Shown here in pieces: positions 1 through 9,555 of a stretch of 64,000 nucleotides of DNA. Source of the stretch: Bacillota bacterium. GTDB lineage: Bacteria; Bacillota; Clostridia; Christensenellales; SZUA-584. The translations under genes and the position numbers were made by a program. The stretch covers positions 23,344 through 87,343 of the forward strand of contig JAEYOE010000033.1 in the NCBI GenBank assembly GCA_023412005.1, written 5' to 3'. Numbering within the stretch: position 1 is the first letter of the stretch; every line of letters starts with the position of its first letter. The notes under the pieces were generated by a model, which was not told the DNA's origin, did not search any database, and saw only the letters and a program-made list of their open reading frames with translations.

Positions 1-209
1 TATTTAAAATACTCAAGATATGCAAATATGTTAATCACAAACGGCAGAAATTTTATTCCCTCTTATTATAGCTGGCGAAAGATGCTGCTGCGCTATCGTC
101 CCCTGTCGATTAAAATAATCACGGGATGCGATCCGCATTGAAAACCTTAGGCTGCAGTAAGCTGACCATAATTTCTAATGTCAATACGAGCTCAGCGGAA
201 AACTACAAA

Positions 210-258
210 GTGGATCAGAATCCCTTTAACTAAGCCTTATAATGGTATTCTGATCCAC
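210..258 (-). terminator. Hairpin downstream of the GlsB-family gene (possible terminator)
   Basis: Perfect 12-bp inverted repeat GTGGATCAGAAT (210-221) / ATTCTGATCCAC (247-258) with a ~25-nt loop, about 80 nt past the stop of CDS 338..607. The U-tract is weak. Confidence 0.35.
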
Positions 259-337
259 TGCACGGTCGGCAAGCCGGGATAATAAAACATGTAATATCGG
301 CACAGCATTTGCTTATACTGCTTTTCGTATGACGACG

Positions 338-607
338 CTATTTGTTTGTAACCGATCCCTTTCGAATCAGGTTGATAATTGCGAGCAGAATCACCGAGCC
401 CAGCAGTGCAACCAAAAAGCTTTCCAGCGTAAAGCCTGTCACATCCGCGTTCGCACCGATCAGATTCATTATGAAGCCGCCGATAAAAGCGCCGATGATA
501 CCCACAGCAATGTTCGCAAAAGCGCCCATTGACGGATTGTTTTTCATAATGATGCTGGCCACCCAGCCCGCGAGTGCACCAAGCACAATCCAAGATAAAA
601 TACCCAT
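338..607 (-). CDS. GlsB/YeaQ/YmgE-family (transglycosylase-associated) small membrane protein, 89 aa
   Basis: Internal Met of ORF 338..802: MGILSWIVLGALAGWVASIIM...IGAFIGGF, typical of the family with three Gly-rich TM segments. AGGAGGAAC RBS lies 6 nt upstream of the ATG at 605-607. Confidence 0.8.
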   Translation of the reverse strand: MGILSWIVLGALAGWVASIIMKNNPSMGAFANIAVGIIGAFIGGFIMNLIGANADVTGFTLESFLVALLGSVILLAIINLIRKGSVTNK

Positions 608-752
608 TGCAGTTCCTCCTTTTTTGTTAGTTTCTCTGCTATATCGATTTATTATGCATTTTCTCTTTTTGCGGGTATCCTTTTTGATGCAAAAGGATAA
701 CAAGCCGCAATGATTGGCTATAATAAGTTTTATCAAAACAGCCGGAGACAAC

Positions 753-3062
753 ATGATCAGAAACGACGCTTGGCTGAAGGTCAGCGGAAAAGCTAAATAC
801 AATGACGATGATGTCAGCCGTTCATGCCTTCAGGCAAGGCTTTTAACAAGCGTATTCGCGCATGCGCGTATTCTCTCCATCGATACATCCGGCGCGTACA
901 TGGTGCCTGGCGTGCGTGCCATCGTCACCGGACGCGACTGTTTGCAGCTCATCGGTTCCGTGCTGCAGGATATGCCGGTGCTTGCGATCGACAGGGTGCG
1001 TTACTTCGGCGAACCCGTTGCGATCGTGGTGGCTGATGAAGAATGGCAGGCAGCCCAAGGCACCAAGCTGATACAGGTGGCGTACGACCCGTTACCGATC
1101 GTTAATTCCATTGAAGACGCCCTGATGCCAAACCCCACGCTGGTGCATCCCGCGCTGATGCAGTATACGCATACCGTGGAAGATGTTTACCCGGAAATGA
1201 ATTCAAATATATCAAACCGCACCCGTATAAGAAAAGGAAATATGCTATATGGCTGGGCTTGCTGCGACACCGTTGTCGAAGGAGAGTACCGCATTCCGCA
1301 AGCCGATCATGCCTTTATGGAAACGCGAAACGCGCGGGCGCAAATCCTTCCAAATGGACAGCTCCTTATCCGTTCCGCCTCTCAGGCCGCTCACGCGGCA
1401 AGAGCGCTGATTGCGAAGTTTTTCAAGCTGTCAGAAAGCAGCATCATTATTGAGACACCATTTGTGGGCGGCGGATATGGCGGCAAGGTGAATCCGCATC
1501 CGGAGATCATGGCCTTTGTGGCTTCTCATGCCGTTAACGGGCAGGAGGTTCGCCTGTCGTTCACGCGTGAACAAAGCTTTTATTCAAGTGCCTGCAAAAT
1601 CGGCGCGAAAGCGTACATGAAGCTGGGTGCAGATAAAACAGGCCGCCTGCAGGCCATACAGGTTCACTTCTTTATCGAATCGGGTGCTTATGCCGATACG
1701 TCACCCATCATGACGCGCGCTGCCGCCGCTAACTGCAGCGGTGCATACAATGTGCCGTGCATCGAATGCGATTCCGTCTGCGTTTATACCAACCACGTTT
1801 ATTCCACATCTTTCAGAGGCTTCGGGCACGAGGTGTCCACGTTTGCAATGGAGCGCACAATGGAAAAGCTTGCGTTGCAGCTGGGCATTGACTCTTGCGA
1901 ATTAAGACGCATCAATGCCCTGCGCGAAGGCGACTATACCCCGACGCAAACGAAGGTGACACTCAGCAACACAGGCAATCTTGATGGCTGCATAAGCCGG
2001 GTTAAGCAGCTTATCGCGTGGGATGACGGCGCTCGCATAGAAACGCAAGAGGCGATGATTCGCACAAAAGGCCTCGCGTGCTTTTCTAAAACCTCCAGTT
2101 CCCCCACCGACGCATCATCATCGGCTGTTGTGCAGTTTTGCTCAGACGGCAGCGTCAGCCTGAGTTGCAGCGTGATTGAGTGCGGCCCGGGCATGACCAC
2201 CGCGCTGCCGAAAATTCTCGCCGAGCGCCTGGGCATCAGCCTTGATAAGGTGGCCATGAACATGCAGATCAACACACAGTCGCATCCCGAGCATTGGAAA
2301 ACCGTCGCGAGCATGTCGACCTATATGGCGGGCAACGCCATTATAGCCGCCGCCGATGACGCGCTCCGTCAGCTCAAGGCCAACGCGGCGCTTGCTTTAC
2401 GCTGCCCCCCGGAGGACATTGTTCTTATAAACGAGACAGCGCAGCTTAAGGACGACGAAGCTGTATCTCTGCCGTTTAAAGAGATTGTGTTTGGCGTTAA
2501 AACAAAAGAAGGCAACGCAATGGGCGGCCCGGTGATCGGCTGCGGACGCTTTATCATGAAAAACCTCTCCCAGCTCGACCGAGAAACGGGCAAAGGTCAG
2601 CCCGGGCCATACTGGACAGTGGGCGCACAGGCTGTGGAAATTGAGTACGACCGCTTTTTGCAGACCTTTCGTTTGGTGAAGGCTGTCACCGTGATTGACG
2701 CGGGCAAAGTGATTTTGCCCGCGTGTGCGGCGGGACAGGTACTGGGCGGCATGAACACCGGCCTTAGCTTGGCCACACGCGAATGCTACCATTTCGACGC
2801 GACGGGCGAATTGAACGACACCAGCTTTCGCACCTACAAGCTCATGCACTTTCATGAAAACCCGGTTTTCATTGCAGAATTTATTGAAACACCGAATTTG
2901 AGCGGCCCAATGGGCGCGCGCGGTATTGCGGAGCACAGCGTACTCGGTATGCCGCCGGCTCTCGTTAATGCGCTATGCCTGGCTGCCGGCGTACAGCTCG
3001 ATACGCTGCCCGTTACATTCGAAAGCCTCTGGCAGGCAGCTAAGACCGGCGGTAATGGCTGA
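753..3062 (+). CDS. Xanthine dehydrogenase/aldehyde oxidase-family molybdopterin-binding large subunit
   Basis: About 770 aa with N-terminal a/b-hammerhead-like KVSGKAKYNDD, a GGGYGGK motif and family-typical length. ATG at 753 is preceded by GGAGA; the listed ORF start at 714 is a TTG without an RBS. Confidence 0.9.
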   Translation: MIRNDAWLKVSGKAKYNDDDVSRSCLQARLLTSVFAHARILSIDTSGAYMVPGVRAIVTGRDCLQLIGSVLQDMPVLAIDRVRYFGEPVAIVVADEEWQAAQGTKLIQVAYDPLPIVNSIEDALMPNPTLVHPALMQYTHTVEDVYPEMNSNISNRTRIRKGNMLYGWACCDTVVEGEYRIPQADHAFMETRNARAQILPNGQLLIRSASQAAHAARALIAKFFKLSESSIIIETPFVGGGYGGKVNPHPEIMAFVASHAVNGQEVRLSFTREQSFYSSACKIGAKAYMKLGADKTGRLQAIQVHFFIESGAYADTSPIMTRAAAANCSGAYNVPCIECDSVCVYTNHVYSTSFRGFGHEVSTFAMERTMEKLALQLGIDSCELRRINALREGDYTPTQTKVTLSNTGNLDGCISRVKQLIAWDDGARIETQEAMIRTKGLACFSKTSSSPTDASSSAVVQFCSDGSVSLSCSVIECGPGMTTALPKILAERLGISLDKVAMNMQINTQSHPEHWKTVASMSTYMAGNAIIAAADDALRQLKANAALALRCPPEDIVLINETAQLKDDEAVSLPFKEIVFGVKTKEGNAMGGPVIGCGRFIMKNLSQLDRETGKGQPGPYWTVGAQAVEIEYDRFLQTFRLVKAVTVIDAGKVILPACAAGQVLGGMNTGLSLATRECYHFDATGELNDTSFRTYKLMHFHENPVFIAEFIETPNLSGPMGARGIAEHSVLGMPPALVNALCLAAGVQLDTLPVTFESLWQAAKTGGNG

Positions 3063-3904
3063 TGATCGCTTACGATTTTGATTACTATTTGCCGGATACC
3101 GTGCAGGAAGCCGTGCAGATATACGATAAGCTCAGCAGACAGGGAAAGCAGCCCCTTTATTACGGCGGCGGCACGGAAATCATCAGCATGAGCCGCGTGT
3201 TTAACCGAAAACCGGATGCTGTGATTGATTTCAAGAGCATTCCCGAATGCAGGGGGATTGGCACAGACGGCAAGCGGCTCGTGATCGGCGCGGCATCCAC
3301 GCTGAATGATATCAAGCGCGCCAATGTGTTTCCATTGCTCGGGCTTGCGGCGGGCCGCATTGCGGACCATACGGTGCAATGCCGTCTCACGCTGGGCGGC
3401 AATCTATGCGGTACGATTATTTACCGTGAAACGCTGATGCCGCTGCTGCTGGCCAACGCCACTGTCGACATCGCGTTTCCCGAGGGTATGAAAACAATAT
3501 CTGTACATGAGGCCTTTGCCGACGGCAGACGGCCCGCGTCCGGCGAATTAATCGTCAGCGTGCATGTTGACAGTGCGGCGGCCGCAATACCGTGCTTTCA
3601 TATCAAGAAATCCAGAGCCGAAAAGATCGGCTATCCGCTGCTCACCCTATGCGTACTGTTCTTAGGCGAAACGCTTCGTTTCGCGGCGGGCGGGCTTTGC
3701 GCCCATCCGTTCCGATTCGCGGATATCACAGACACGCGCCAAGCATCCGCCGCTGATATCGCCGCCCGGCTTTTAAGCGCGATACCCGCCCCCGTGCTGG
3801 ATGACCTTGAAGGTTCGGCGGCATACCGTCTTTTTGTGTTTCAAAGGACTGTGGAGAAAATCATTATGGACTATAAAAAGAACCGAGAAGCGAGTCATGC
3901 TTAA
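3062..3904 (+). CDS. FAD-binding (CoxM/XdhB-like) medium subunit of the molybdoenzyme
   Basis: N-terminus Y..P.T..EA...L...GK...YYGGGTEII, typical of the PCMH-type FAD-binding domain. Start overlaps the stop of the large subunit by 1 nt. Confidence 0.85.
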   Translation: MIAYDFDYYLPDTVQEAVQIYDKLSRQGKQPLYYGGGTEIISMSRVFNRKPDAVIDFKSIPECRGIGTDGKRLVIGAASTLNDIKRANVFPLLGLAAGRIADHTVQCRLTLGGNLCGTIIYRETLMPLLLANATVDIAFPEGMKTISVHEAFADGRRPASGELIVSVHVDSAAAAIPCFHIKKSRAEKIGYPLLTLCVLFLGETLRFAAGGLCAHPFRFADITDTRQASAADIAARLLSAIPAPVLDDLEGSAAYRLFVFQRTVEKIIMDYKKNREASHA

Positions 3905-4376
3905 GCTGTCCGGCAAAAGCCTGATATCGCTGACTGTGAATAACCGCGTTTATGATGTGGCGGTGCGGCCTGCCGATACGCTTGTTTATGTGCTGCGCTA
4001 TCAGCTGGGGCTGACGGGCACGAAAATCGGCTGTGAAAACGGCGATTGCGGCGCATGCACCGTGCTGGTGGATGATTGGCCCACGAAATCGTGTTTGATG
4101 CTGGCCGTGGAAGGCATCGGCCATCGTATCACCACCATTGAAGGGCTCAGCGACACGCCGATCCAGCAGGCCTTTGCCGAGCAGCAGGCGTTTCAATGCG
4201 GCTTTTGTACGCCGGGGTTTATTATGGTGTGCCATTCCATGCTGCTTCATCACCCGAACCCGGACGATTTTACGATTGAAACATGGCTGCAGTCTAACCT
4301 GTGCCGCTGCACGAGCTATCAGGAGATAATGAGTGCCGTTCGCAGTGCGGCGGCTATCATGCAGCAATCGGGTTAA
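3897..4376 (+). CDS. (2Fe-2S)-binding small subunit of the molybdoenzyme
   Basis: Contains CENGDCGACTV and CGFCTPG...CRCTSY cysteine clusters. Internal ATG at 3897 overlaps the medium-subunit stop by 8 nt. Confidence 0.9.
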   Translation: MLKLSGKSLISLTVNNRVYDVAVRPADTLVYVLRYQLGLTGTKIGCENGDCGACTVLVDDWPTKSCLMLAVEGIGHRITTIEGLSDTPIQQAFAEQQAFQCGFCTPGFIMVCHSMLLHHPNPDDFTIETWLQSNLCRCTSYQEIMSAVRSAAAIMQQSG

Positions 4377-4449
4377 AAAAAGCGCCTTATTAATGGCAAG
4401 GTGAGCCTGTAAAAAGTTATTTTTTTCATTCCGTTGGAACGTAAACGAT

Positions 4450-4554
4450 CGAGGAATCCTCCTCTACAAAGCGCTTTTCATAGGATTCCTCGACAGGCTC
4501 GGAATGACACAACAAGGTTTATCGGCAATCTGAACAGTCACCGAAAGGTGACTG
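4450..4554. repeat. Structured intergenic element (two hairpins)
   Basis: CGAGGAATCCT (4450-4460) pairs with AGGATTCCTCG (4482-4492) and is followed by ...GCTCGGAATGACA. A second hairpin is GTCACC-GAAA-GGTGAC (4537-4552). It lies in a 380-bp non-coding gap. A related architecture occurs at 54165-54257. Confidence 0.4.
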
Positions 4555-4757
4555 TGGGAGATATCGCATCATAAAACCTACCACTCCTTCAGGCACTTTG
4601 TGACACATCCCAAGCCATCCCATTGGGATAGCCATCTGACAGTCGCCAAGCGGTGGATTTATACGCTAAAAACTCATGACAGCTTGGCGGCGCCATATCA
4701 AATAGCGATGTTTAAAACAGAGCAACCGGGCAATGATTAATAAACGAGGTGAAAGCT

Positions 4758-5483
4758 ATGCAATATGCGTTTATGTTTCCTGACGAACACAAAGCGGCTC
4801 AAGATAAAGGGCTGCCGCTTGTGATTCCAATCGGCAATTTGGAATACCATGGGCAGCACAGCGTCTGCGGTACCGATATCATCATCACGGAAGGCATCGC
4901 GAAACTGCTGGAAGCGCAGACCGATATCGTGCTGGCGCCTACATTTTGTTATGCGCCCTCCAGCTATGCGGCCTCAGGGCCTGAGCTAGGCACTGTGCAC
5001 CTCTGCATGGATGTGTTCGAGCAGTATATCAAGGGCGTGCTGCGCGCGTTCATAGAAGGCGGCTGGCAGAATATTTTCATTCTCATCCATCATCAGTTTG
5101 ATATGGAGCTGCTTTTTCCGCTGTCTCTCGCGTGCCTGAAGGCAGCCAAACAGCTTTTCTTCGACATGATGGAGCAGGAGCTGGGCCGCGGCTGGTTTGC
5201 ACGTGCGGGCAATTTGGAGGCTGTACTGAAAAAGATGAACACCGTGAAGGTGCTGCCTGTAATGAGCCGTGAGATACAGGAGGCCTTTGGGTATGATCAT
5301 GCGGGCAAGGTGGAATGCTCGCTGCTGGCCGCGCTGCACCAGCGCTTGATGCTTGTAAAGCCCTGGCGCGCCTCAGGGGGCGAGTGGTTCGCGAAAAGCG
5401 CGCCTGAGTTTTCAGCCGAAAACGGCTGGCAGATCATCAATCGCTGCTTGGAGGATTTGAAAAGCAAATTGAATAGCAATTAA
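4758..5483 (+). CDS. Creatininase (creatinine amidohydrolase)-family protein
   Basis: N-terminal LVIPIGNLEYHGQHSVCGTD matches the family metal-binding E-x-H-G-x-H...D motif. GAGGTG RBS lies 6 nt before the ATG at 4758. Confidence 0.75.
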   Translation: MQYAFMFPDEHKAAQDKGLPLVIPIGNLEYHGQHSVCGTDIIITEGIAKLLEAQTDIVLAPTFCYAPSSYAASGPELGTVHLCMDVFEQYIKGVLRAFIEGGWQNIFILIHHQFDMELLFPLSLACLKAAKQLFFDMMEQELGRGWFARAGNLEAVLKKMNTVKVLPVMSREIQEAFGYDHAGKVECSLLAALHQRLMLVKPWRASGGEWFAKSAPEFSAENGWQIINRCLEDLKSKLNSN

Positions 5484-5604
5484 CAAGTACGTATTAACTG
5501 CTTCAATGAAAAAAGCGCTGCAATTGCTTCGCGTGTCGTAGAGACCTTATCATAAAGACTCACTGAAAATTGCCTATTTATATCTCCGAATAACCTTTAG
5601 TTCA

Positions 5605-5640
5605 GTCACAAACAGAAGGATTGGTTTGTGACTTGTGTTA
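5605..5640 (+). terminator. Intrinsic terminator after the creatininase-family gene
   Basis: GTCACAAAC (5605-5613) / GTTTGTGAC (5624-5632) stem followed by TTGTGTT. Confidence 0.5.
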
Positions 5641-5677
5641 GCACGGTTTATCTATTTTAATCTATACCAGAATTATA

Positions 5678-5706
5678 TAAAAAGCGCCCCGTCACGTCGG
5701 AGCGCT
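5678..5706 (-). terminator. Intrinsic terminator after the polyprenyl synthase gene
   Basis: Minus strand reads AAGCGCTCCGACGTGACGGGGCGCTTTTTAT, a GC-rich stem followed by a U-tract, 8 nt past the stop. Confidence 0.65.
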
Positions 5707-5713
5707 TAACATC

Positions 5714-6688
5714 TTATTGAAATGTCAGATCGAGAATGCCTTTCAGCAGCTGCCGTCCCTCTGTATCGGGGAGCCTCTCAAGGCTCTTCTCGGCCTTCGC
5801 AATATACCTGTCGAGTATCGCCTGCGTTTTCACAATGCCGTCCGCCTCGGCCACCAGCTTGATAATACGCTTGATATCCCGCTGCACCGGCTCCTTCTTC
5901 TTCAGCCCGATTAAGAACGCCTCAACCTTCTCCCTCACACCGTTATCCTGCGCTGCCGCCATTAGTACCGGCAACGTCACCACACCTTCTTTAAGGTCGT
6001 TGCCGACCGGCTTGCCGATACGGCTCGGGTGCTCGGTCATATCCAGCAGATCGTCCTTAATCTGAAACGCGATGCCGTAATACGCGCCGAACTTCGCCGC
6101 CTGCTTCACGTCCTTTTCGTCAAGGCCGCCAAGATGGCTGCCCACCGCACAGCAGGCTGCAAACAGCACCGCCGTTTTGCGGCTGATGCGCGAGAGATAC
6201 GTCTTGATCCCCGGAAGCTTGCCGCGCCCGCGAAACTGCTCCACCTCTCCCACGCATATCGCCTCAACCGCCTTGGAAAGCTCAAGCAGATATTTCATGG
6301 GCAGCTCGGCTGCCGCCAGCGCCTGCATCGATTTCACGTAGATATAGTCGCCCGCGAACACCGCCGTGCTGACCCCCTGTGTGGCATACAAGGTGGGTTC
6401 ATTGCGTCTGATCAGCGAATTGTCAATGATATCGTCATGTATCAGTGTGGCGGTATGCAGCATCTCCACGCTGAGCGCCGTGCTGAAAACCTTGTCTCGC
6501 CGGTATTCCCCGAGCTTGGCAGCGGCTATCGTCATCGCCGGGCGAAGCCGCTTCCCCCCGCTGTTGATAATGTGCAGAGACAGCTTGTCTATAAAGGCAT
6601 TGATATTCTTTTTTGATGCAAATTGCTCATTAAGCAGCGCCTCAAACAGATCAAGCTCCGTTTGCAAAGCGGGCAGCTTTTCCCACAC
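5714..6688 (-). CDS. Polyprenyl diphosphate synthase (HepT/DmkB-like, long-chain trans-IPPS)
   Basis: First and second Asp-rich motifs LIHDDIIDNS and QIKDDLLD. GTG start with AAGGGGA RBS, 13 nt after the stop of the NDH-2 gene. Confidence 0.9.
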   Translation of the reverse strand: MWEKLPALQTELDLFEALLNEQFASKKNINAFIDKLSLHIINSGGKRLRPAMTIAAAKLGEYRRDKVFSTALSVEMLHTATLIHDDIIDNSLIRRNEPTLYATQGVSTAVFAGDYIYVKSMQALAAAELPMKYLLELSKAVEAICVGEVEQFRGRGKLPGIKTYLSRISRKTAVLFAACCAVGSHLGGLDEKDVKQAAKFGAYYGIAFQIKDDLLDMTEHPSRIGKPVGNDLKEGVVTLPVLMAAAQDNGVREKVEAFLIGLKKKEPVQRDIKRIIKLVAEADGIVKTQAILDRYIAKAEKSLERLPDTEGRQLLKGILDLTFQ

Positions 6689-6701
6689 GCGTTTTGTCCC
6701 C

Positions 6702-8609
6702 TTATTTCAGCTTTTTGTTGTTACCCCAAGTGAGCGTTAAACGCCCATTTTTCTTTGTGCCGTCCCAAACCTTTCCGAGATACGGCAGCACCCAATGATC
6801 AAGACCAAACGCACGGCCGGCACCCGCCGCCATCGCAATACCCGCAAACAGCATCCACCATGTGGTATCGTACATGCCCGTGGATGTTATGAACATCGCA
6901 ATCAGGCCAAGTGAAACGACGGACGAAAGGAACGTAAACGTACCCGAGAATATCGCAAGACCGACAATGATCTCAAGAATCACGATCAGCACCTGGAAGA
7001 ACATCGACCAACCCGGGGTTGCGAGAACCCAGCCGTTCAATATCCAATCAACGAGGAAAAAGTGAACACGGAACACCATCGGCTGCCCCTCGCCCGATCT
7101 TTCGAGGAAAAACCCGAGGAACCCAAGATCAATATTCATCAGCTTTTCAACCACAGCCGTTGCGCCTTGCGCAGCCCCCGTTGCACCTGAAACCGCCTCG
7201 GCACCCGTCGCGGTTGATGCCGCGTCCGCGCCCGATGTATACCCCAAAAAGCTTGCGAGCATCGGCTTGGTGAACCAGCCTTCCAGCACCTTCTTTAAGC
7301 CCTCGTAAAACCATGTCCACCCGAGGAACAGCCGCAGCGGCACCAGCCACCAGGCTTGAACGGTTTTGGTGTAGTTGCGCTGTAAAAAGCGTTTGTGCTG
7401 ACGTCTGTGCAGTATTTCGTCGCGCAGATAGTCCCATATACCTTTAACACCCATGATACCATAAAGGTAGTGCATATTGACCAGGTATTTCATAATTAGC
7501 GAAATCCATCGCCCAGGCTTCACGCCCATCAAGTCGGCCACTGCAAAGTAATTGCCGATGCTGACCATCACACCGTGCAGCTTTACCTTAACAGGCTCGG
7601 GGTTTTTGCCTCGTATATCGCTTAAAATATTCATCGCAGCGCCTTCACCCGTTTGCAGCGCGGTTTCCACCATGGCCGGGTACGGTTTGCCTTTTTCATC
7701 AAGCAGCGCGCCTACATCACCCACAGCATACACATTTTTATGCTTTGTCCGGCAGAATTCGTCAACAACAAGTCGTCGGCCAAGGCCTTTGTCCAAATCC
7801 GTTTTTTCTACATCCAGAGACGATCTCACACCGGCGGCCCAGATGAGCGTGCTCGTTTCAATCTTTCTTTCGCCGATATCAACAAACTCAGGTGTCACCT
7901 GCTTAATCGCTGTGCTGAGAATCACCTCGATATCGTGTTTGCCGTGCATATAATCATGCGCGCGCTTGCTGTTCTTGTCGCAGAGGTTGCTTAATATGCA
8001 ATCCAGCATATCCACGATAATCAGGCGGATTTCCTTACGGTCGATGCGGTGTGCGCGGCACAGCTTTTTCACCCATTGCGCCAGCTCGCCGATCATCTCC
8101 ACGCCGGTGAATCCAGCTCCGCCGACCACAAACGTCAGCAGACGTTTGCGGCGCTCTGCGTCCTTCTCTGTTTCCGCTTCAAAGAAGCAGCGTTCAATGT
8201 GCTCTCTGATTCGTATCGCATCGTCGACCGACCAAAGCGAGAAGCCATGCTCCTCCAACCCCGGTATCCCGAAATAATTCGGTGTGGACCCGACAGATAT
8301 GATCAGATAGTCATACGGGTATTCATTCGACGATGATTTGACTTTGCGAGAATCAAACTCATACCCGTTGATATTATCGATCACGAGGTTTACATTCGTG
8401 GTTTTGAATATGTCTTTCAGAGGTATCTTAACCGCATCTTCACCCACGCGGTTGCCCGCCACCTCATGAATTTCCGTTAGCAGCGTATGGTAAGGGTTGC
8501 GGTCGATAATCGTGATTTCAAGATCATCTTTTCTCCCTTTTTTGTTCAGCTTAAGGGCGGCTTCGATACCCGCATAACCGGCGCCCACAATCACAACTTT
8601 CTTGCTCAT
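6702..8609 (-). CDS. Type II NADH:quinone oxidoreductase (NDH-2) fused to a C-terminal multi-TM (DoxX-like) domain
   Basis: N-terminal KVVIVGAGYAG Rossmann motif and a second VVGGGFTGVE-type motif (VVGGAGFTGVE). The last ~230 aa contain about 4-5 hydrophobic helices (WWLVPLRLFLGWTWFYEGL...). GGGAGG RBS. Confidence 0.9.
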   Translation of the reverse strand: MSKKVVIVGAGYAGIEAALKLNKKGRKDDLEITIIDRNPYHTLLTEIHEVAGNRVGEDAVKIPLKDIFKTTNVNLVIDNINGYEFDSRKVKSSSNEYPYDYLIISVGSTPNYFGIPGLEEHGFSLWSVDDAIRIREHIERCFFEAETEKDAERRKRLLTFVVGGAGFTGVEMIGELAQWVKKLCRAHRIDRKEIRLIIVDMLDCILSNLCDKNSKRAHDYMHGKHDIEVILSTAIKQVTPEFVDIGERKIETSTLIWAAGVRSSLDVEKTDLDKGLGRRLVVDEFCRTKHKNVYAVGDVGALLDEKGKPYPAMVETALQTGEGAAMNILSDIRGKNPEPVKVKLHGVMVSIGNYFAVADLMGVKPGRWISLIMKYLVNMHYLYGIMGVKGIWDYLRDEILHRRQHKRFLQRNYTKTVQAWWLVPLRLFLGWTWFYEGLKKVLEGWFTKPMLASFLGYTSGADAASTATGAEAVSGATGAAQGATAVVEKLMNIDLGFLGFFLERSGEGQPMVFRVHFFLVDWILNGWVLATPGWSMFFQVLIVILEIIVGLAIFSGTFTFLSSVVSLGLIAMFITSTGMYDTTWWMLFAGIAMAAGAGRAFGLDHWVLPYLGKVWDGTKKNGRLTLTWGNNKKLK

Positions 8610-8625
8610 CTTTTCCTCCCAAGAA

Positions 8626-9555
8626 TTAAAAGACTAAACCGTCTAAAACGGCACTGACGACAAAAGATAAACCCAACAACTGATAGATTTGCACCGTGGC
8701 GACGTTTGATGCAATCAGTTTATTGATGCTGTTAAAATGACGGCGGCAATTGCAAACCGCTTTCACCGCTATGGGCACCGTGAGCAGCGGCAGCAGCCAG
8801 ATTGGGTTCTTGGCATACACCGCAACCGCGATGACCGACAGATAACTGAGCGCAAACAGCACCGCGTACACGGAGACACCCTTCTTCTTACCCATCCGAA
8901 CCACACCGTTTCTTTTGTTATGCGCTTTATCCACCTCATAATCAGGGTACTGATTGATCCATAGCACATTCATAATCATGAAGGCAATGGGCAGCGATGC
9001 GAGCAGCGGCAGCCAGTCGAACCGGCCCTCAATCAGCACATACACCCCCAACACAATCGCGGGACCAAACGCAAGCCCCACCGCGATTTCGCCGAAGCCC
9101 CTGTAGCACAGCTTAAAAGGCGGCAGGCTATAAATTACAGCCAACGCAAAGCCTGCAACCCCCGGCCAGAATATCAGCGGTTCCACAAACACAGCCAATG
9201 CCATGCCCAAAAGCGCTGCAGCAAGAAAGCAGACAATCGCTATGTAAAGGCATTGTGTCAGATCAAGCGCCCCCGTCGTGATAGACTTTTTACCGCCCGA
9301 GAACGGCGTTGCATGTTCTTCGTCCACATCGGGGTCTACACCAGACTGATAGTCGATCACCTCGTTAAGCGCGTTTTTGGCGATCTCCACAAGATACACC
9401 CCGATAACGGCCAATATAAACCATATAATGCTGAGAGGCTTCGTCTGATGACCGAATGTCCAAGCAATCGCCGCACCCGTCAGCATCGGTATGGTTGACG
9501 CAACCCAGATTTTCGGATCGGCCACTTGCCAAAAGCCCTTCATTAAAGCTTTCAT
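8626..9555 (-). CDS. UbiA-family prenyltransferase (1,4-dihydroxy-2-naphthoate polyprenyltransferase MenA/DmkA-like)
   Basis: 309 aa with about 8-9 TM helices and an N..NE..D Asp-rich motif (KNALNEVIDYQSGVD). It is first in a tight three-gene minus-strand operon. Confidence 0.85.
   Translation of the reverse strand: MKALMKGFWQVADPKIWVASTIPMLTGAAIAWTFGHQTKPLSIIWFILAVIGVYLVEIAKNALNEVIDYQSGVDPDVDEEHATPFSGGKKSITTGALDLTQCLYIAIVCFLAAALLGMALAVFVEPLIFWPGVAGFALAVIYSLPPFKLCYRGFGEIAVGLAFGPAIVLGVYVLIEGRFDWLPLLASLPIAFMIMNVLWINQYPDYEVDKAHNKRNGVVRMGKKKGVSVYAVLFALSYLSVIAVAVYAKNPIWLLPLLTVPIAVKAVCNCRRHFNSINKLIASNVATVQIYQLLGLSFVVSAVLDGLVF

Noticed and set aside
237-713. ORFs 237..593(-), 329..532(+) and 342..713(+), plus the long form 338..802(-).
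   Set aside because: All overlap the well-supported 89-aa GlsB-family CDS. The long form adds 65 residues with no RBS, whereas the internal ATG at 605-607 has AGGAGG 6 nt upstream.
4600-4660. The sequence …GTCGCCAAGCGGTGG… superficially resembles a tRNA D-arm.
   Set aside because: No acceptor stem, anticodon arm or T-arm (GTTCRANYC) can be built around it.
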